Assembly (NCBI GenBank): GCA_000934665.2
Contig: JYFJ02004410.1
Coordinates: 1-32,280 of the forward strand
DNA length: 32,280 bases
DNA from: Catajapyx aquilonaris
Taxonomy: Eukaryota
Direction: 5' to 3'
Part shown: piece after piece, positions 1 through 12,923 of the stretch
Layout of the letters: each line of letters begins with the position of its first letter
Position numbering within the stretch: the first letter of the stretch is position 1
Position numbers and translations under genes: made by a program
The notes under the pieces: model-generated
The model's input: only the letters and a program-made list of their open reading frames with translations
The model's database searches: none
What the model was told of the DNA's origin: nothing

Positions 1-72
1 AGTACAAGGTTGGAAATAAAGGGGACTCCAGACAAGATGGCTGACCGAGTTGGACGTGTTTCACTAGGGGGG
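1..72 (-). CDS. Probable further (23rd) exon of the apolipophorin-like gene, truncated by window edge
   Basis: The preceding exon ends with a phase-1 donor (ACC A|gtgagt at 194/193). Two candidate AG acceptors (exon ends 63 or 72) both give the same open frame ...KHVQLGQPSCLESPLFPTLY up to position 1. The acceptor choice is uncertain. Confidence 0.4.
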
Positions 73-193
73 CTAAGTAAAAGACTCGAATAAAACAGAA
101 GCACATGCCAAGTTCACTGAACTATAAGCACTCATAGGAACTCTATCCAACTCTATTTCAGTACTTAAAATCCTCCCTCATGCAGCAACTCAC

Positions 194-3100
194 TGGTGCT
201 CTTGTCCTTGCAGATGAGCTCAGTTTCGTCGCAATCGGCATCCCAGCAAAGTGAACGGAAGTAACGCTTCTCCTTGTCAGTGTACTTGACATCAAGCAGA
301 CCCTTGAAGGGCTTGTAGTTTGGCTGCATGTCAAGGCTGACGTCCAGGTGGAAGCTGTGTCCCTCTTCTCCATCCTTCTTCTTCTCCAGCTTGGAAAAGT
401 CTGCAACCAAACGGCCAGTGCCCGTCTTATCCTCATGCTGAAACTGGATGGTGCCTTCGTATTTGTAGTTGTTGCGGTCCTGAACCTTGGTGTAGTCCAA
501 CCTGAGCAGAAAAATAATATTGTATATGTGATACTCATCCACCATGATCTGGCAAATTTGACAGATACTCTGGGCACTTACTTGTTGTAAATGACGACCT
601 TCCCAGCATTCTTGATATCCACCTCAATCTGCTTCCTATTTCCCTGCTTGGCACGTGTAATGCGCAGGTTCCACTGGTTGATATCAAAAGCAGGTCCGTT
701 GACAGTGCCCTGCACTGTGAATTCATCTACATTCTTGTAAGCAACAGAGGCTTGAACATCAAGAGCCTTCTCATTGCGCTTGTAGTGAAGATCAAGGCTG
801 TATTCAGAGTCAGATCGCTTATTCAGGGTGCTGTCCAAATGGAGAGTGTTACGAGGAGTAGAGGCATCGAGGACCACTGAAGAGTGGCGAGCATCATGCT
901 CCATCTTGTGGCTGTAAGTGTATTTGCGGTCGCCCACCTGCAGGTCAGCCTTGGTATCAACCAGGCCTTCAGAGTGCTGTAGAAATGGAATCAGATATTT
1001 AACTGCATGAAATGGTAGTAAGCATGTTATGTCACACGACGTTATGTCATTATACTGGGCTAGAACTGTCGGATAATTTATTATAAGATGTCACATGAAT
1101 GGAAAAAAACAGGATGGGCATTTTTGTTCGCCAATAATGTTATTCTGTTATTAAAGCAACTTGGAATTCACTTTCTTCCAACTTGAATAACATACATCAG
1201 CAGATATCAAGTAGTGCTCTAAATCACCCTTCTTCTTTATTTATCAAAGCATTCCATGCTTGTAATACTTACACCGTGCAGCACATCTAACGAGATGGAC
1301 TGGTAGTTCTGGATGGGAGTTGTGACAGTGGTGTGCATCTTGAACCGCTTGTCACCAGTCTTCTCAGCTACAGTCTCTATGTGAATCTCCTTGCCTGCAT
1401 CGTACACCAAGGTAGCACCACCAACAAGCTTGGGAACCTGCTCATTGTACTTTCCATTGATGGCCAAGCTCCTGGTTGGCTGCTCCTCAATTTTCAGTTC
1501 GACCTTGGCGTCCACATTGTTAGGTTCCAATTTCATAGTGATATGACGAGCGAAAATGTCCTTGTGGTTCACTTGCAACTCCTCATCCAGCACAAACTGT
1601 GTAAAGAAGAGAATCATGGCATAGATTTCAGAATTCTCTCAAGAGAGGCATGCATTTACACCATACAAATAAGAGAGACTCAGTTCTGCAAGACATACTG
1701 CACTCTTAATCATAATTATGTTACGGAAAGTAGCACAAAACCGAAATGAGAAAACCTAATCGAACTGATCTTAATATTGAGCACTTACATTAAAATGCTG
1801 CTCCTCAACATAGTCATGCACAACAGCGACACGATGCTTGAAGTGCCTCCAGCGTCCCTCAGGAAGAGTCAGTTCGGCAGTGATGTCAACATCCTTCTTC
1901 TTGTCCAGGTCCACCTTCCCGTTCAGGTTCAGGTTAGCCTGCTTGTCACCACGCTTCACCACTGACTCAATGCTAAACTCCTTGCCATGTTCTGTTCCAA
2001 CCACTCCCAGCTCAAGGGGTTCTGGGATCATGCCACCAGACAGCTTCACCTGCAGGAATGAATATTATTACAAACATATTCACACACCTATTGACATTTC
2101 ATTTAGTGATGTGTTATATGAAAATCCTTGCAACTAACCTTAAAAGTGCACTTGTTAGAGTTGGGGGCAGGCTCGTCGTGACTCAATTCAGAATGGATAT
2201 TCAGGTCCTTCCCTGCTGCGTTGTAAACAAGATCAGTGACGGAGTTGAAGGTTCGCTTGCCAGCACTTGGGGTTCCATGAAGCTTGGAGTTGAGATCCAC
2301 GGTGTATTCCTTGGAGTTGGAGGACACATACTTGGCCTTAAGCATAACGTCCTTCACAGCTGGGGTGTCAGTGACGCGAGCATCACCAGACAGTTTCACA
2401 GTTTTGCCAGAAGGCAGTACAATCTCAAGGCTTCCGGAATGGAGAGCATTCAGAGGAGTGTCGCCAATGTTGCCCTTCACGTTCACGCCCAGAGTTGTGT
2501 CAATCAGCTGGATCTGACTCCTGAAAGAGCAGAATGGGAGTTATACTTTTTCCCTTCTCAGTCAACCTGCACTTGTTAAAAGCAGAAAAATAACCACACT
2601 CACTTTGAGTCGATGGTATGATGATTCTCAGTGTGGACAGTCTGGCTGGTGATGTGAAGTCGCTGGGATGGATCCCTCTCAGCGTCCCACTTGAAGTCCA
2701 ATTCAAGGTTATGGTTATCCCCTTGAGTCACGTGGGTGATTGAGCTTGTGATCTTGCGGTTAAGCTTAGGGAAGTACACAACCAAGTTGTCGCTGAATTG
2801 CCCTCCCTGAAGAGAAGTTGTGCCATCCACCTTCAGGTAGTCCTTGACCTCCAGCTGAACATGGGCATTTCCATTCTTATCATCCTGCAGCACTCCAGCC
2901 ACATCTCCCACAAGGTAGGTCACGCCCTCAAATTCGAACTTGATCTGACCCTTCACTTCACCAGGCTGTGCAGAGGAGGCCACAAAGAAACTGCATGGGA
3001 AGAAAATACAGAGGTCGCAATTAGATGAATTGTTAGACGAATTAGATGAATTAGATGTACCTGGAAAAGTGAAACTGTCAAAAGCAATTCTGCTTTTTCA

Positions 3101-6100
3101 TGATTTCCAATGATTAATTATTTATAGGGAAGTGTTACAGATTTCTGAGCCCAAATCTGCTTATTTTTAGGCAGTTACTTTGAAGCATCTACTTGCAGAG
3201 GTTCATAAATATTATATGACCTTAATGCAAAAATATTGCTTACAACTTCAGAATTCAGAACGAACTGTAATAACCTCTAAAAATAATGTACTCACGTAAC
3301 AGGATGGTTGAGCTGGCTACACTTGAACTCTGCGGTGAGTTCCTGCTTGAATTGGTCTCCCTTATGCAGCCAGGTGAGGAAAGCAGTCATCTCATGCCTG
3401 TTCCCAGGCGTAGAGTCGACCAGGGCATAGTATCGCACCTTCTCCTGCGACTGGGTCTCCCGGGTGCTCTTCAGAACAACTGTACGTCCGGGGTACTCCA
3501 GAGTGCTGTCCATGGTGTAGTCATTGCGGTTCTTTCCCCCCTTGGCCACATTGATGGAATAGGCCACCTTCTTCCCCTGACCATAGTTCAGATACCAGTC
3601 GTGCTGCAAGTGATCGTCCTTCACCTCGGTATTTCCCTCCACATTCACGTCCACGTCATGGGTGGGAGCATGGATCTTGATCTTGTGGTGCACTTCAAAG
3701 TCATGTGCAGATGCAACACGGTACTGGGCCTCGAGTGAGACCAGGTGAGGATGGCCAGAGTGAGTCACTTCCGCTTCATAGAGAATGTCGTGTCTCTGCA
3801 AACATAAAGCAAGAATTATATTTCAAAATGGGCCCACATTTTATGCCTAACTTTACTAGAGTGGTCTATTCTCTAGTGTGTTTTATTTACAGAGAAATCC
3901 CTGAACGTGCACACAGTTTACCTCTACAAGCTGAAATTTTTCCCACACAATTTGTAATCTGTGGCATCATTCAAATGCCTCAATGGAATATCTTACAATT
4001 ATTGAAAACTATCAGCTGCATCTGCAGTTACCAATTCAAACATAAAATTATCCTACAATCAGCACAAATAAAATGTAACTTACAGGGCTTCCATGTCCAA
4101 TCTTTTGAATGAAGCGAGCATTAGTGTTGTGATCAGGATACTGGGATGACTGGAAGTCAATGGTGATCTTGTCGGTGTGGGAGTCACCTTCCGGTGTACC
4201 AATGTACTTTCCATTGAAGGAGGCGGTGTGGTCTTGCTTGCCATACTTGGTCTGCATCTGCAATGCGTAGCTCTCTGGTCCTTCCTTGGCTGCAAAGCCG
4301 TTCAAAAAGAACTTTCCGGCAAAGCTGTCCAGCTGGAAGTTGTTAATCGACAGCTTCAGGAATGGATTCTGGTCCACCTGCACTGAGCCTAGAAAGAACA
4401 CACGACTTTTAAAAAGGAGCCACTCCCATCCACCACTTACTCTTATGGATAATGATTGATTATGTCCATCCTTCGTTTCAGTAAAATCTGCTTACCCTTC
4501 AGGGTTACGAAATGATCTTTGACAGCGGGACCAGTCTTCAGGTTCACATCCAGCTTCTGGTCCTTGACATAGGTGACACGCCCACTTAAAACTTCTAGTA
4601 TTTTCTCATTAGGGCCTGAGTATTCAATACTTGGGGTGAAAACAGTCTTCTTGTTCTGCTGCTTGACGTCCAGGTTGATCTTGCCATAGTACTTCTTGCC
4701 ATCCTCACTGGCCCATCCCTGCACACCCAAGGTTGTATCCGAGTTGATGAAGTTAACTGTTAGGAATAAAAATTGCATATGAAAATCTATAAGAAAAGCA
4801 AAGTGTGCAATAGGTGGTAGATGCAAAGCAGTGCTCAATATTGCATTGGCCACTACAAACAATTTCCAATTAACTTTGTGTCATGAACTGTACACTGTAA
4901 CATTTTAAGTTGATAAGGCAAGACCCTACAACAAATGTGGAGTAAAGTTATTGAACATCACATATGGCAATATTTTCATTAACATGCAGACTTAAGCTGC
5001 AAGCAATATGGTCATATAAATTGAGTGCGAATAAAATATTGCAGGGAAATAAATGTACTAACCCTTAAGAGTCTTCTTGGGAGCCTTCAGTTCAAAGATA
5101 GCCTGCTGATGTGGCTGCTCACTGTAGTCGAACTTGGCTGAAACCATCTTCTCTTCCATGGCTCCAGGAGTCTCAAAGATGAAGTTGAACTCCTTATTCT
5201 TAGGATCTGTAGAGAATGACCATTAAAACACTGCATCCAATTAAAAAGTGAAAACAAATATGCTCACCATCCAGATTGCATGAGAGCCGAAGGTGATATC
5301 CTTCCATGCTGGGACAGTCCTTCTCAGTGGAAATACTGACGTGAGCAGGTCCATTGAGAGGGAAGTCAGGGAAGGCGCGGTCATGGGGGGGAATGGAATA
5401 CGAGCCGCAGACCTTCAAGCCAAGGAAGGCCCTGCTGCACTCCTCACCCTTGTAACTGGCAAAGAATAAAGATGTGCCTTAGAATTAAATCTCACAAGTC
5501 ATGCCGACATATGCAACCATATCATTCAGAATCAAAAGAACTATTCTTCATGCTACAATAAAGTGCACTCTCTTTCAACGTCTCTTCTACAGGATTGCAT
5601 TGAAAAATTCACCTGATTGCAAAAATCCTGTTCTTAATCCTAAAAAATTGCAAAATCAATCTTGCAACTCACTCAGTGGAAGGATCATGAGTGACGGCCT
5701 TCTTGATCTCGTTTTCACCAATATGTTCCACAAAGAAAACATCAGAGTTAAATTCCAGGACATCAACCTTCTGGTTGGGCAGGCCCATCTTAATGTCCAC
5801 TCCCTTTCCTCCAAGAGACTTGATGGTGACAGATCCTCCGCTAGCAGCATGGAGAGTCAGAGTGGAGTGCAGGCCAGACTCGAACTGAGGCAGTTCAACT
5901 CCGAGGCTGAATGCAATCTCGGTGCTAAGGCTAGGCAGCACCTCCAAGTGAAGGTCAGTTGACTTAGGATGCTCATAAATCTGCTTGAAATCCACCTTGC
6001 TGTCCACCTTGATGCCCAGCATGGCCGATCCGATAACATCCAGAACCAGAGGAATACCAGCAATGGTTGGAGTGCAGAGCTCAGCATCAGCAAACGTGGC

Positions 6101-9100
6101 AGCAATGCTCTTGTCAATCTGCTTGTTCTTGGCGGCCTCAATGTACTTGTCAAAATCACCACTATTCACCCAGCTGTCATGTGACTCAGGATCAAAATCA
6201 GAAGAGCGCAGTCCACCCCAAAACTCCTCAGTGCCATATCGGCGGAAGTAGACATCAACAGTGGGTTCATTGCGAAGCTCCTTCTCCACATTAATCTTGT
6301 CGCTCAAGGCCTCTATTTCCTGCTCAGAAACAGAAGGTGGAGGAAGAGCACGCCTGTGGCGATGACGACGCCCACCCTGGCCATCATTCAGCATCTCGTA
6401 GCGGTCACCATTGCGAAGGAAGCCGTTGGGACCCATGGCACTTTCAGCAGCATGCTCAAGACCTTCCAAAAGGATTCCGACCTACAGAAGAAGTAACGAA
6501 GACGTTAAATTGACATTTCCAGCCAAAATGAACAAAAAGTAGATTCATTAACTGATTGAGATTGTCAAGTGTCATTTATGCAACAAAACTGATGCCTCAC
6601 CTCAAGAGCATTGATGGAACGTCCAAATGCATGAATGGTTCCATTGAAGGACAGGAATCTGGGGACGAAGCTCTTGGTGGAGTAGACAATTTCAGCCTGA
6701 GCGCCAAATCCACGGCTCTTCCTGTACTCAAACTCATGCTCCTCAAAATAGGCAGAGAACTTGAGGGGGTCAAATGGATAGTGGTCCTTCAGGTCAACAT
6801 CGTCCAGGATTTCCTTCAGATGGGCCTTGGTTGGGCAATCACTGTCATGGATTGACTTCACATGTGACGAGATGTATGACAGTACTGGATAGGAAAAGAA
6901 GCAAAGTGATTAAGTTGTCAGAGAGAACCATAATAACTAATGACAAGTACTGGATTGCAATTGGTGAAAAACTACTGTTCAATTCTGATAAAGAGTTACT
7001 TCATCGGTTCAGACTAGTATAACAGTCCAACACACCTTGATTAACTTTGTCAGTGTTCAGAACACGCTGGACCACCTGGGCATCCCTCCTCTCAGGGCAC
7101 CTCATCAGCAGCCTGTAGGCCATGATCCTATCCTCAGCCTCCTCCGTGGCATCCTCCAAAACTTGCTGTGCGCTCCTCTTAACCTGCAAATCAAAGGTGA
7201 GTTTCAGCTAATGATTCTAAACCAAATCCTAGCAGGCTTGCTCTGAGCACTGTGTACTAACATCCTTGTTGCATGCATCACGGCGGGCAGCATCAAATGC
7301 AGCAAATCGAACTCTCCAGGGAAGGTCGTGCCTCTGAATGCACCGGCTGACTGCGGAAGCAGCTGGCTCAGTCAGATGGTGGATGTTTCCAAGGGCCTTG
7401 AGGGCATCAATGACATCATCTTCTTCAGAGTGAGTACGGGTAACACACTCATGAGGCAGTTTGCCTGCGAAGAAGTTCACAAGGGTGACGTACTCCTTCT
7501 CCTCAGCGCATTTCTCATTCTCATGGCAGAAGTGGTGGATCACACTGCTGGCAGCCAGGAAAGCCTCCTTGGATTGATCTTTATCCAGGATTTCCTGCAA
7601 AATCATGGGACATATTTACACATTGCATGCTTCATCTTCACCATTTTCCATAATTAAGTGGAAAATGAGTTCCTATCTTATCACAACAAGAGAAGGACCA
7701 AAATTGCAAGATATTACACCAATTTCATTGCAAAATCAACAAGGCCTTCCTTTCCTTACCCTAACATTGATCACCTCAATGAACATGACAAACAATACAA
7801 AACCCACCTTGACTTGGGCAAGGGTGTTGACATCAGGGTGTTGCATGTGCGTCAAGACATGGTAATAGTAGGGCTTATGAGACTCATGGCCTTCCTTGAT
7901 GATTTCACCAGCATAGTTGACAGTTTCAGTAGTCCCAGCTGATGCCAGGGCATGGAAGAACAGGTGACTGTAACACAGAACAAATCACATTATATTCCAC
8001 ATTCTCCACATTTGAAGACTGACTCAAAATCAGCAAATTGCTCTGAGGAAAATGAATATTATATAATATGGAAATCATCATAAGCATTATACCTCACATT
8101 TTTCCTACAACAAAAATACATCACAGACTAAATTAACACTTACTCAGTGTCATCAGACTGTGGGCAAAGGCCACCCTGCAAAATCTGGGTGCGGAGATTC
8201 TGCAGCTGCTCCTTGGAAAGGGTGCGGAACTCATGAACCAGTTTGGAGAAAAGACCAGCGGCCTTGGCCTCCACATTTGACTTAACATTTCCACAGAGCT
8301 GCTGGATGATGGAGCGGGAGGTACCAATTTCACCACTGTGATCCTTTCCAGAGTGATCCAGATGGATGTTGGACAGAACACTGGCTTGACCTGCGAGATG
8401 TGCATCATCACTCTATGTTCTCACCCAGAAAGATGCTTAAAACGAGACTTTTGGTAGGCTACAGTACCGTAGGCCCTGTTGTCCACAGGCTGCTTTCCAG
8501 TGAAACGCAGAGAAGTGTGCACATCCACTGAAGCACCAGCATCCTTGTGGGAGAAGGGCTTGAGATTGTAGGTCTCTTCACACTGCACCTGACTGACGAA
8601 TCCATCACGAAGATCCTGCTTGCAGGTCTGGTGAGCCTTGAACACTGGAACGCTCTGGTATTTCTGCGAAATAAATCAAAGCAAATGTTGAAGTGCATCA
8701 TAACACTAACCTGTCTTAGAAATTTTTTGTGGCATATTCATTCAGTCTGATTTTATATGGCCACTTCATTCTCACCAGGGCACAAGGCTCTAAGTTCCTG
8801 TTATCCTGATTTCGCATTGTAAACGCTTAATTTCATTGTTTCATGTTGGTTTTACTTGTAAGATTTCGGACTCTGATGTCATTAAGACTGTTAGCGAAAT
8901 GAAAAAAACAGGAGACATTTCCCTAAAATCATTTATGAAACATTTACAAGGACAAATTGATACTGACACAATATTTGACATGAAGCTTGTCATTTGGCAA
9001 TGGTTCATATGCTGCATAGAAGATAAGTGCACATTATGCAAGTGCAGTTTTAGAAGCAGATGTAACCTTTGGCACTGCAGTTGCGTCTTCCCTTGAAAGG

Positions 9101-12100
9101 GTCAAATGGAGGTCATTTTAAATAACTTTCCACTGATGACACACTCCGAGAGGAGACACATCAATTAGAAGGGTATGCCAGTGATAGCCAGAGGTGGGAC
9201 CTTTCAAGTGGCAGCTAAATGACCTTACCGAATAGCCAGTGAAGCGGACAGACTCAGCCACGTGGCGGATATCCTCACGGTCACTGCACGTGTTGAGCTC
9301 ACGAGTCTTCTTCACCTTGACATCTGAGCCAGATGCCTCAACATGGTAGGTAGTTGGGCAGCGTCCAGAAACATCAACCTGGAAAACAATATAAATATTC
9401 ATTCACCTTTCCAAGCATGAGCTACATGGCATATGAACAACCTAAATCCTCCATTCTATATCAATATCATACCTATAGAACCATAAGTGCATGAATAAGC
9501 ATTTTTCTTACCTCAACCTGGGAGTACTCTCCGGTGACCAGAGCAGGCAGAGTGTTCTGCAGAGAAGAAGCAATACCCCTAAGGATGTTGGCACTGGAGG
9601 CAGACAGCTGTGGTGGGACACAGAAGGTCTCGATGACTCCGTCCTGGAATCCAACCCGGACAAAGGCACCCTCCAGATCACCAGGGGGGATTGCCTTCCC
9701 ACTGGGAGACTTGATGGATGTGCCACTCAGGTAGATGGCCAGGTCACATTCTGACCTTGGGGTCAGAGTCACTTTACCCTTCAGCTGCACAGTGCTGGAG
9801 TCAGTGGAGGTACCCTTGAGGTTGATGACAGTTTGGGCCTCCCAATCATATTGAAAGCCAGATTTTGTTGACACGTGGAACTTGGGATTGGGTACTGCAA
9901 ACAAAATGTAAGGTTTTTGGCATGTTTATATGACACTATGCACTAGAGACTAGGCAGAGGCGATGATGAGAGCATTGCTTTGTTGGCAGTGATCACACAC
10001 TCTTATTTAATCAATTTCATGGGAGCAATTTCAGTGCAGTGACCCTCCCTTGATTGGTGACTACTCATGCACTCACTCTGCATGAAAATAGCTTCAATAA
10101 GACTTACTATTTCTGCACACAATGTTGCACTCAGGTTGGTCCTGAACAGGAGCTGAAAAACACAAAAGCCATATTTATATAACTAAATTACATGTGCATA
10201 TCTTAACATTTATTTGTTGGGTGTTAGGCTTTTTGCCACAAGCAACTTCTGCCTTAGATCTATGTGCCATCCAAAATGATGCAGCCATAACGTACCCTAA
10301 TTAAACAACGAGTTTAATTACTACAATATGTTCTTAACATTTTTGATCAAACGTATCCTGATGCTATGCAACTATGACAATACAGTGGTGAAGTCGGTGG
10401 AGGAACAAACAGGAGACTATTACTTTATTTTGTAGACAACAAAGGATCATCTTCAAAGCAATGAGGGCATAATGAGGTCTAGAATTTGCCTGGCAATAGT
10501 AATGCTATTTTTAAATTAAGTCTTGAAATTTATAGTACATGGCAGTAAGCTTATAATATTTTTGAAAATGAAAAAAATAGCAGACTGTGATATTGGTCAT
10601 TATTCTTCAACTTTTCGTTATTATCACCGCGATGTCGAAATTCCTTCAAAAAGTCACATTTCGCTAATCTGGTACGCACAAAAAACCGCTTCCGATAATT
10701 CGAGTCGCAAGTCTGAGCAGTGTCTGCAATTCGCAGTCGAAAGGTCAAGGTCACAAGAGATGACCCGCCTCCCGGACCCTGCCCAGGGTCAGGACCCATC
10801 CCACGATAAGAATTTCACACCACGATACGAGGAATTGGCTCAAAGGTCGTTTGGACATCTTTTGCATCTCCAGGAGCAATGATGCTGACCAACAGGGTCA
10901 GAGGTCATCGCCGTGTTGGTAACCGGCAAATGATCGTCGGTATTTGAACATGGAAAATACCCTGCAGGAACGAATAGTGGGCCAAGTGACCAAATGATCG
11001 TCTTCCTGACACAGGACCTACCAACCCCTACACCATATATGAATGTTATGTGACGCAAGTGGTAGAACCATGGAGGATGGTCCATTGGCTCATAGTCAAG
11101 CGGATGCTGTGATTTTATCTGGAGGTCACCCTTCGCGCCCTCTCAACTAGTTATCTCCGGGGCCATTTGACCCTGACCTTGCCCAAGACGTGGAAGACTT
11201 GTCGACGCCACCAAACTAATTATTCAAATCTAACCATGCACTTTGGACCACTCACTCTGTTCCTGGAACCCCCTTATTGACTGGGGGTCACCAAGTGCTT
11301 GATAGGACTGATGTACTGCCAAGTTCAAGTCTATAGCCACCAAATGTCACGAAATATTTCTAAATTTTTATAAAGTTATTGCCACATACCGCAGACAATA
11401 ATTCGATATTATTATATTTTTTCTTCTTCTCTGACGCAACGAGTTTTTTTTCTGCCCATTAGAAAATCCAGCTATAGATGTTCAACTGTAATAGTCTTTC
11501 GCTCTAACTGCACCCGTAATAATAACATTCCTGTCTGATAGTGTAATGGGCACATCCATGACAGAGTGACATCTCTTCACACGCCATATCCTGCCTTCAG
11601 TGTATTTGTCTTTCCCATTACTCAATACTTTGTAATGTCTGATAAATCCAAGCATTTACTTATCACAGTTAGCGTGGGAATGCAATTTAACCCATCGGGT
11701 TTTTGATAATATTTCACGGTTCATTTTAAACTTCCGAAACAAATAATGAGTGCGTGTCACCACACCGGCGGCAGAATGTGTGACAATGTCGTTGACATGT
11801 CGCACGGTGAGTTAATATAGTACATCGAAAATGCAGCAAATGATTCAATACGCGATTATTTAAATGTTAAAAAGTTGCAGCAATCAAGTTACGCCGATTT
11901 TTCCATTTTTGGGAAACTCGTCGCATCCTTTCACATTTCTTTAATTACGGTAATTCAGGTAAAATCTGCAAGTTGAATTTTTCTACACAGGATTTCCTGG
12001 TGTCTCAGAGAGTACGTACAGCCTTCATGATCAGTTCAAATGCAAACGGCAAGTTACTCTCTATAATGAGTACAGCAACATCTGATGCAGACATCAGTTC

Positions 12101-12792
12101 CGCACAATTAAGATTAGGATATCCAAGCGTACAAGCAGGTAGATAGTACCGGTACTTCTATTCTCTCCCTACACTGCCTATGAAAGCAACAATAAACTGC
12201 AAACTAAGCAGAAGTGTCATTTAATTATTTAATTATCCGGTAGGCTACATATATTATATCTTTAATAATTGTGTGAGAGGATGGAGGCATACCCAAGTAC
12301 GAGTAAATATGACACTAAAAACCTTGGTTGGAATTTTCATCCCACTGCTATAGTTACTACTAACTTATCAGTACCAATGTACTGCACTGCTACTGCTAAG
12401 TTAGCAGTTACTACGAAAATTTCGCCCCTTAAAAGGCATTAAAGTCCTAAAAATTTACATTTTAATCTCACATTTCCGTATAAAATAAAAAAGGAAAGAA
12501 ACACCTCGGACTGGTTTCGAAACAATATTTAGTCGAGAAAATAATTTACGTGTAATAATGTGACATTCTGCATGGAAATCGTATTAGAACCCGGAGTTCC
12601 AACTACATTATTGTTTAAACCTAAAAGTGATGTCTACTCCTTTTCTTATAATGACGACACATTGTTCCTGGCAACAGACAAGTTTCCCAATAATCATTTC
12701 CCCAATTGCAACTATTGGTCCAACTCACCAGTGTCTCCGAGATGAAGGCCCAGGGCCAGAAGAAGGCAGAGAAGGTAACACGGCCTCGCCAT
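194..12792 (-). CDS. apolpp: Large lipid transfer protein, apolipophorin-II/I precursor-like (Vitellogenin_N/LLT domain followed by long beta-sheet region); 3' part runs off the left edge
   Basis: Phase-consistent GT-AG exons (minus): 12729-12792, 10108-10152, 9512-9894, 9229-9378, 8468-8663, 8144-8390, 7808-7967, 7262-7594, 7036-7183, 6601-6884, 5673-6481, 5268-5455, 5063-5206, 4496-4756, 4084-4388, 3296-3795, 2604-2990, 2139-2520, 1789-2049, 1273-1596, 582-976, 194-501 (6274 nt, about 2091 codons). Signal peptide MARPCYLLCLLLALGLHLGDTA. LLTP motifs: EVDVSGRCPTTY, LFFHALASAGT, ALKALGNI, RIMAYRLLMRCP, IVYSTKSFVPR...NALEVGILLEGLE, PTIAGIPLVL. Furin-type RHRR at about aa 714. No vWD domain by aa 2090, which favours apolipophorin over a shorter vitellogenin or carrier protein. 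Confidence 0.8.
3019..3057 (+). repeat. Short degenerate tandem repeat (aattagatg)n in intron
   Basis: aattagatg aattgttagacg aattagatg aattagatg seen directly. Confidence 0.6.
10535..11389. mobile_element. Degenerate foldback/MITE-like insertion in intron 1 of apolipophorin-like gene
   Basis: Imperfect inverted repeat 10535-10567 versus 11357-11389 (25/33 matches by hand), plus an internal inverted pair aaggtcaaggtca (10741-10753) / tgaccctgacctt (11168-11180). No coding capacity recognised. Boundaries are approximate. Confidence 0.4.
12729..12792 (-). CDS. First coding exon (signal peptide) of apolipophorin-like gene; missed by ORF track
   Basis: ACC ATG GCG (good Kozak context) encodes MARPCYLLCLLLALGLHLGDT. 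The strong donor G|gtgagt is phase 1 and matches the 45-nt exon 10108-10152 (APVQDQPECNIVCRN). Confidence 0.85.
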
Positions 12793-12841
12793 GGTTTGAC
12801 AGAAGGCCGAGGAACCACCGCGTGCGTGCACCTGGACGGCC

Positions 12842-12923
12842 CTTATATTGCCGAGGAAGGCCNNNACGACTCATCTCTGAGTGGCCCCTGGGTTTGGTGG
12901 GGGGCAAACCCTCGGGGCGGGGC
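12842..12923 (-). promoter_or_regulatory. Core promoter of apolipophorin-like gene: TATA box and GC box
   Basis: TATAAG on the minus strand (plus cttata 12842-12847), 50 bp upstream of the ATG. GGGGCGGGGC (Sp/KLF box) at 12914-12923. An nnn ambiguity lies at 12863-12865. Confidence 0.6.

Noticed and set aside
348..9754. Many plus-strand ORFs (e.g. 2058-2579, 3286-3738, 5501-5962) overlapping the apolipophorin exons
   Set aside because: They are antisense shadows of codon-biased minus-strand exons, with no recognisable domains or splice consistency.
12158..12220. Alternative signal-peptide-like ORF MTLLLSLQFIVAFIGSV on minus strand
   Set aside because: It has only weak donor sites and no TATA box; exon 12729-12792 has a Kozak ATG, consensus donor, correct phase and TATA.
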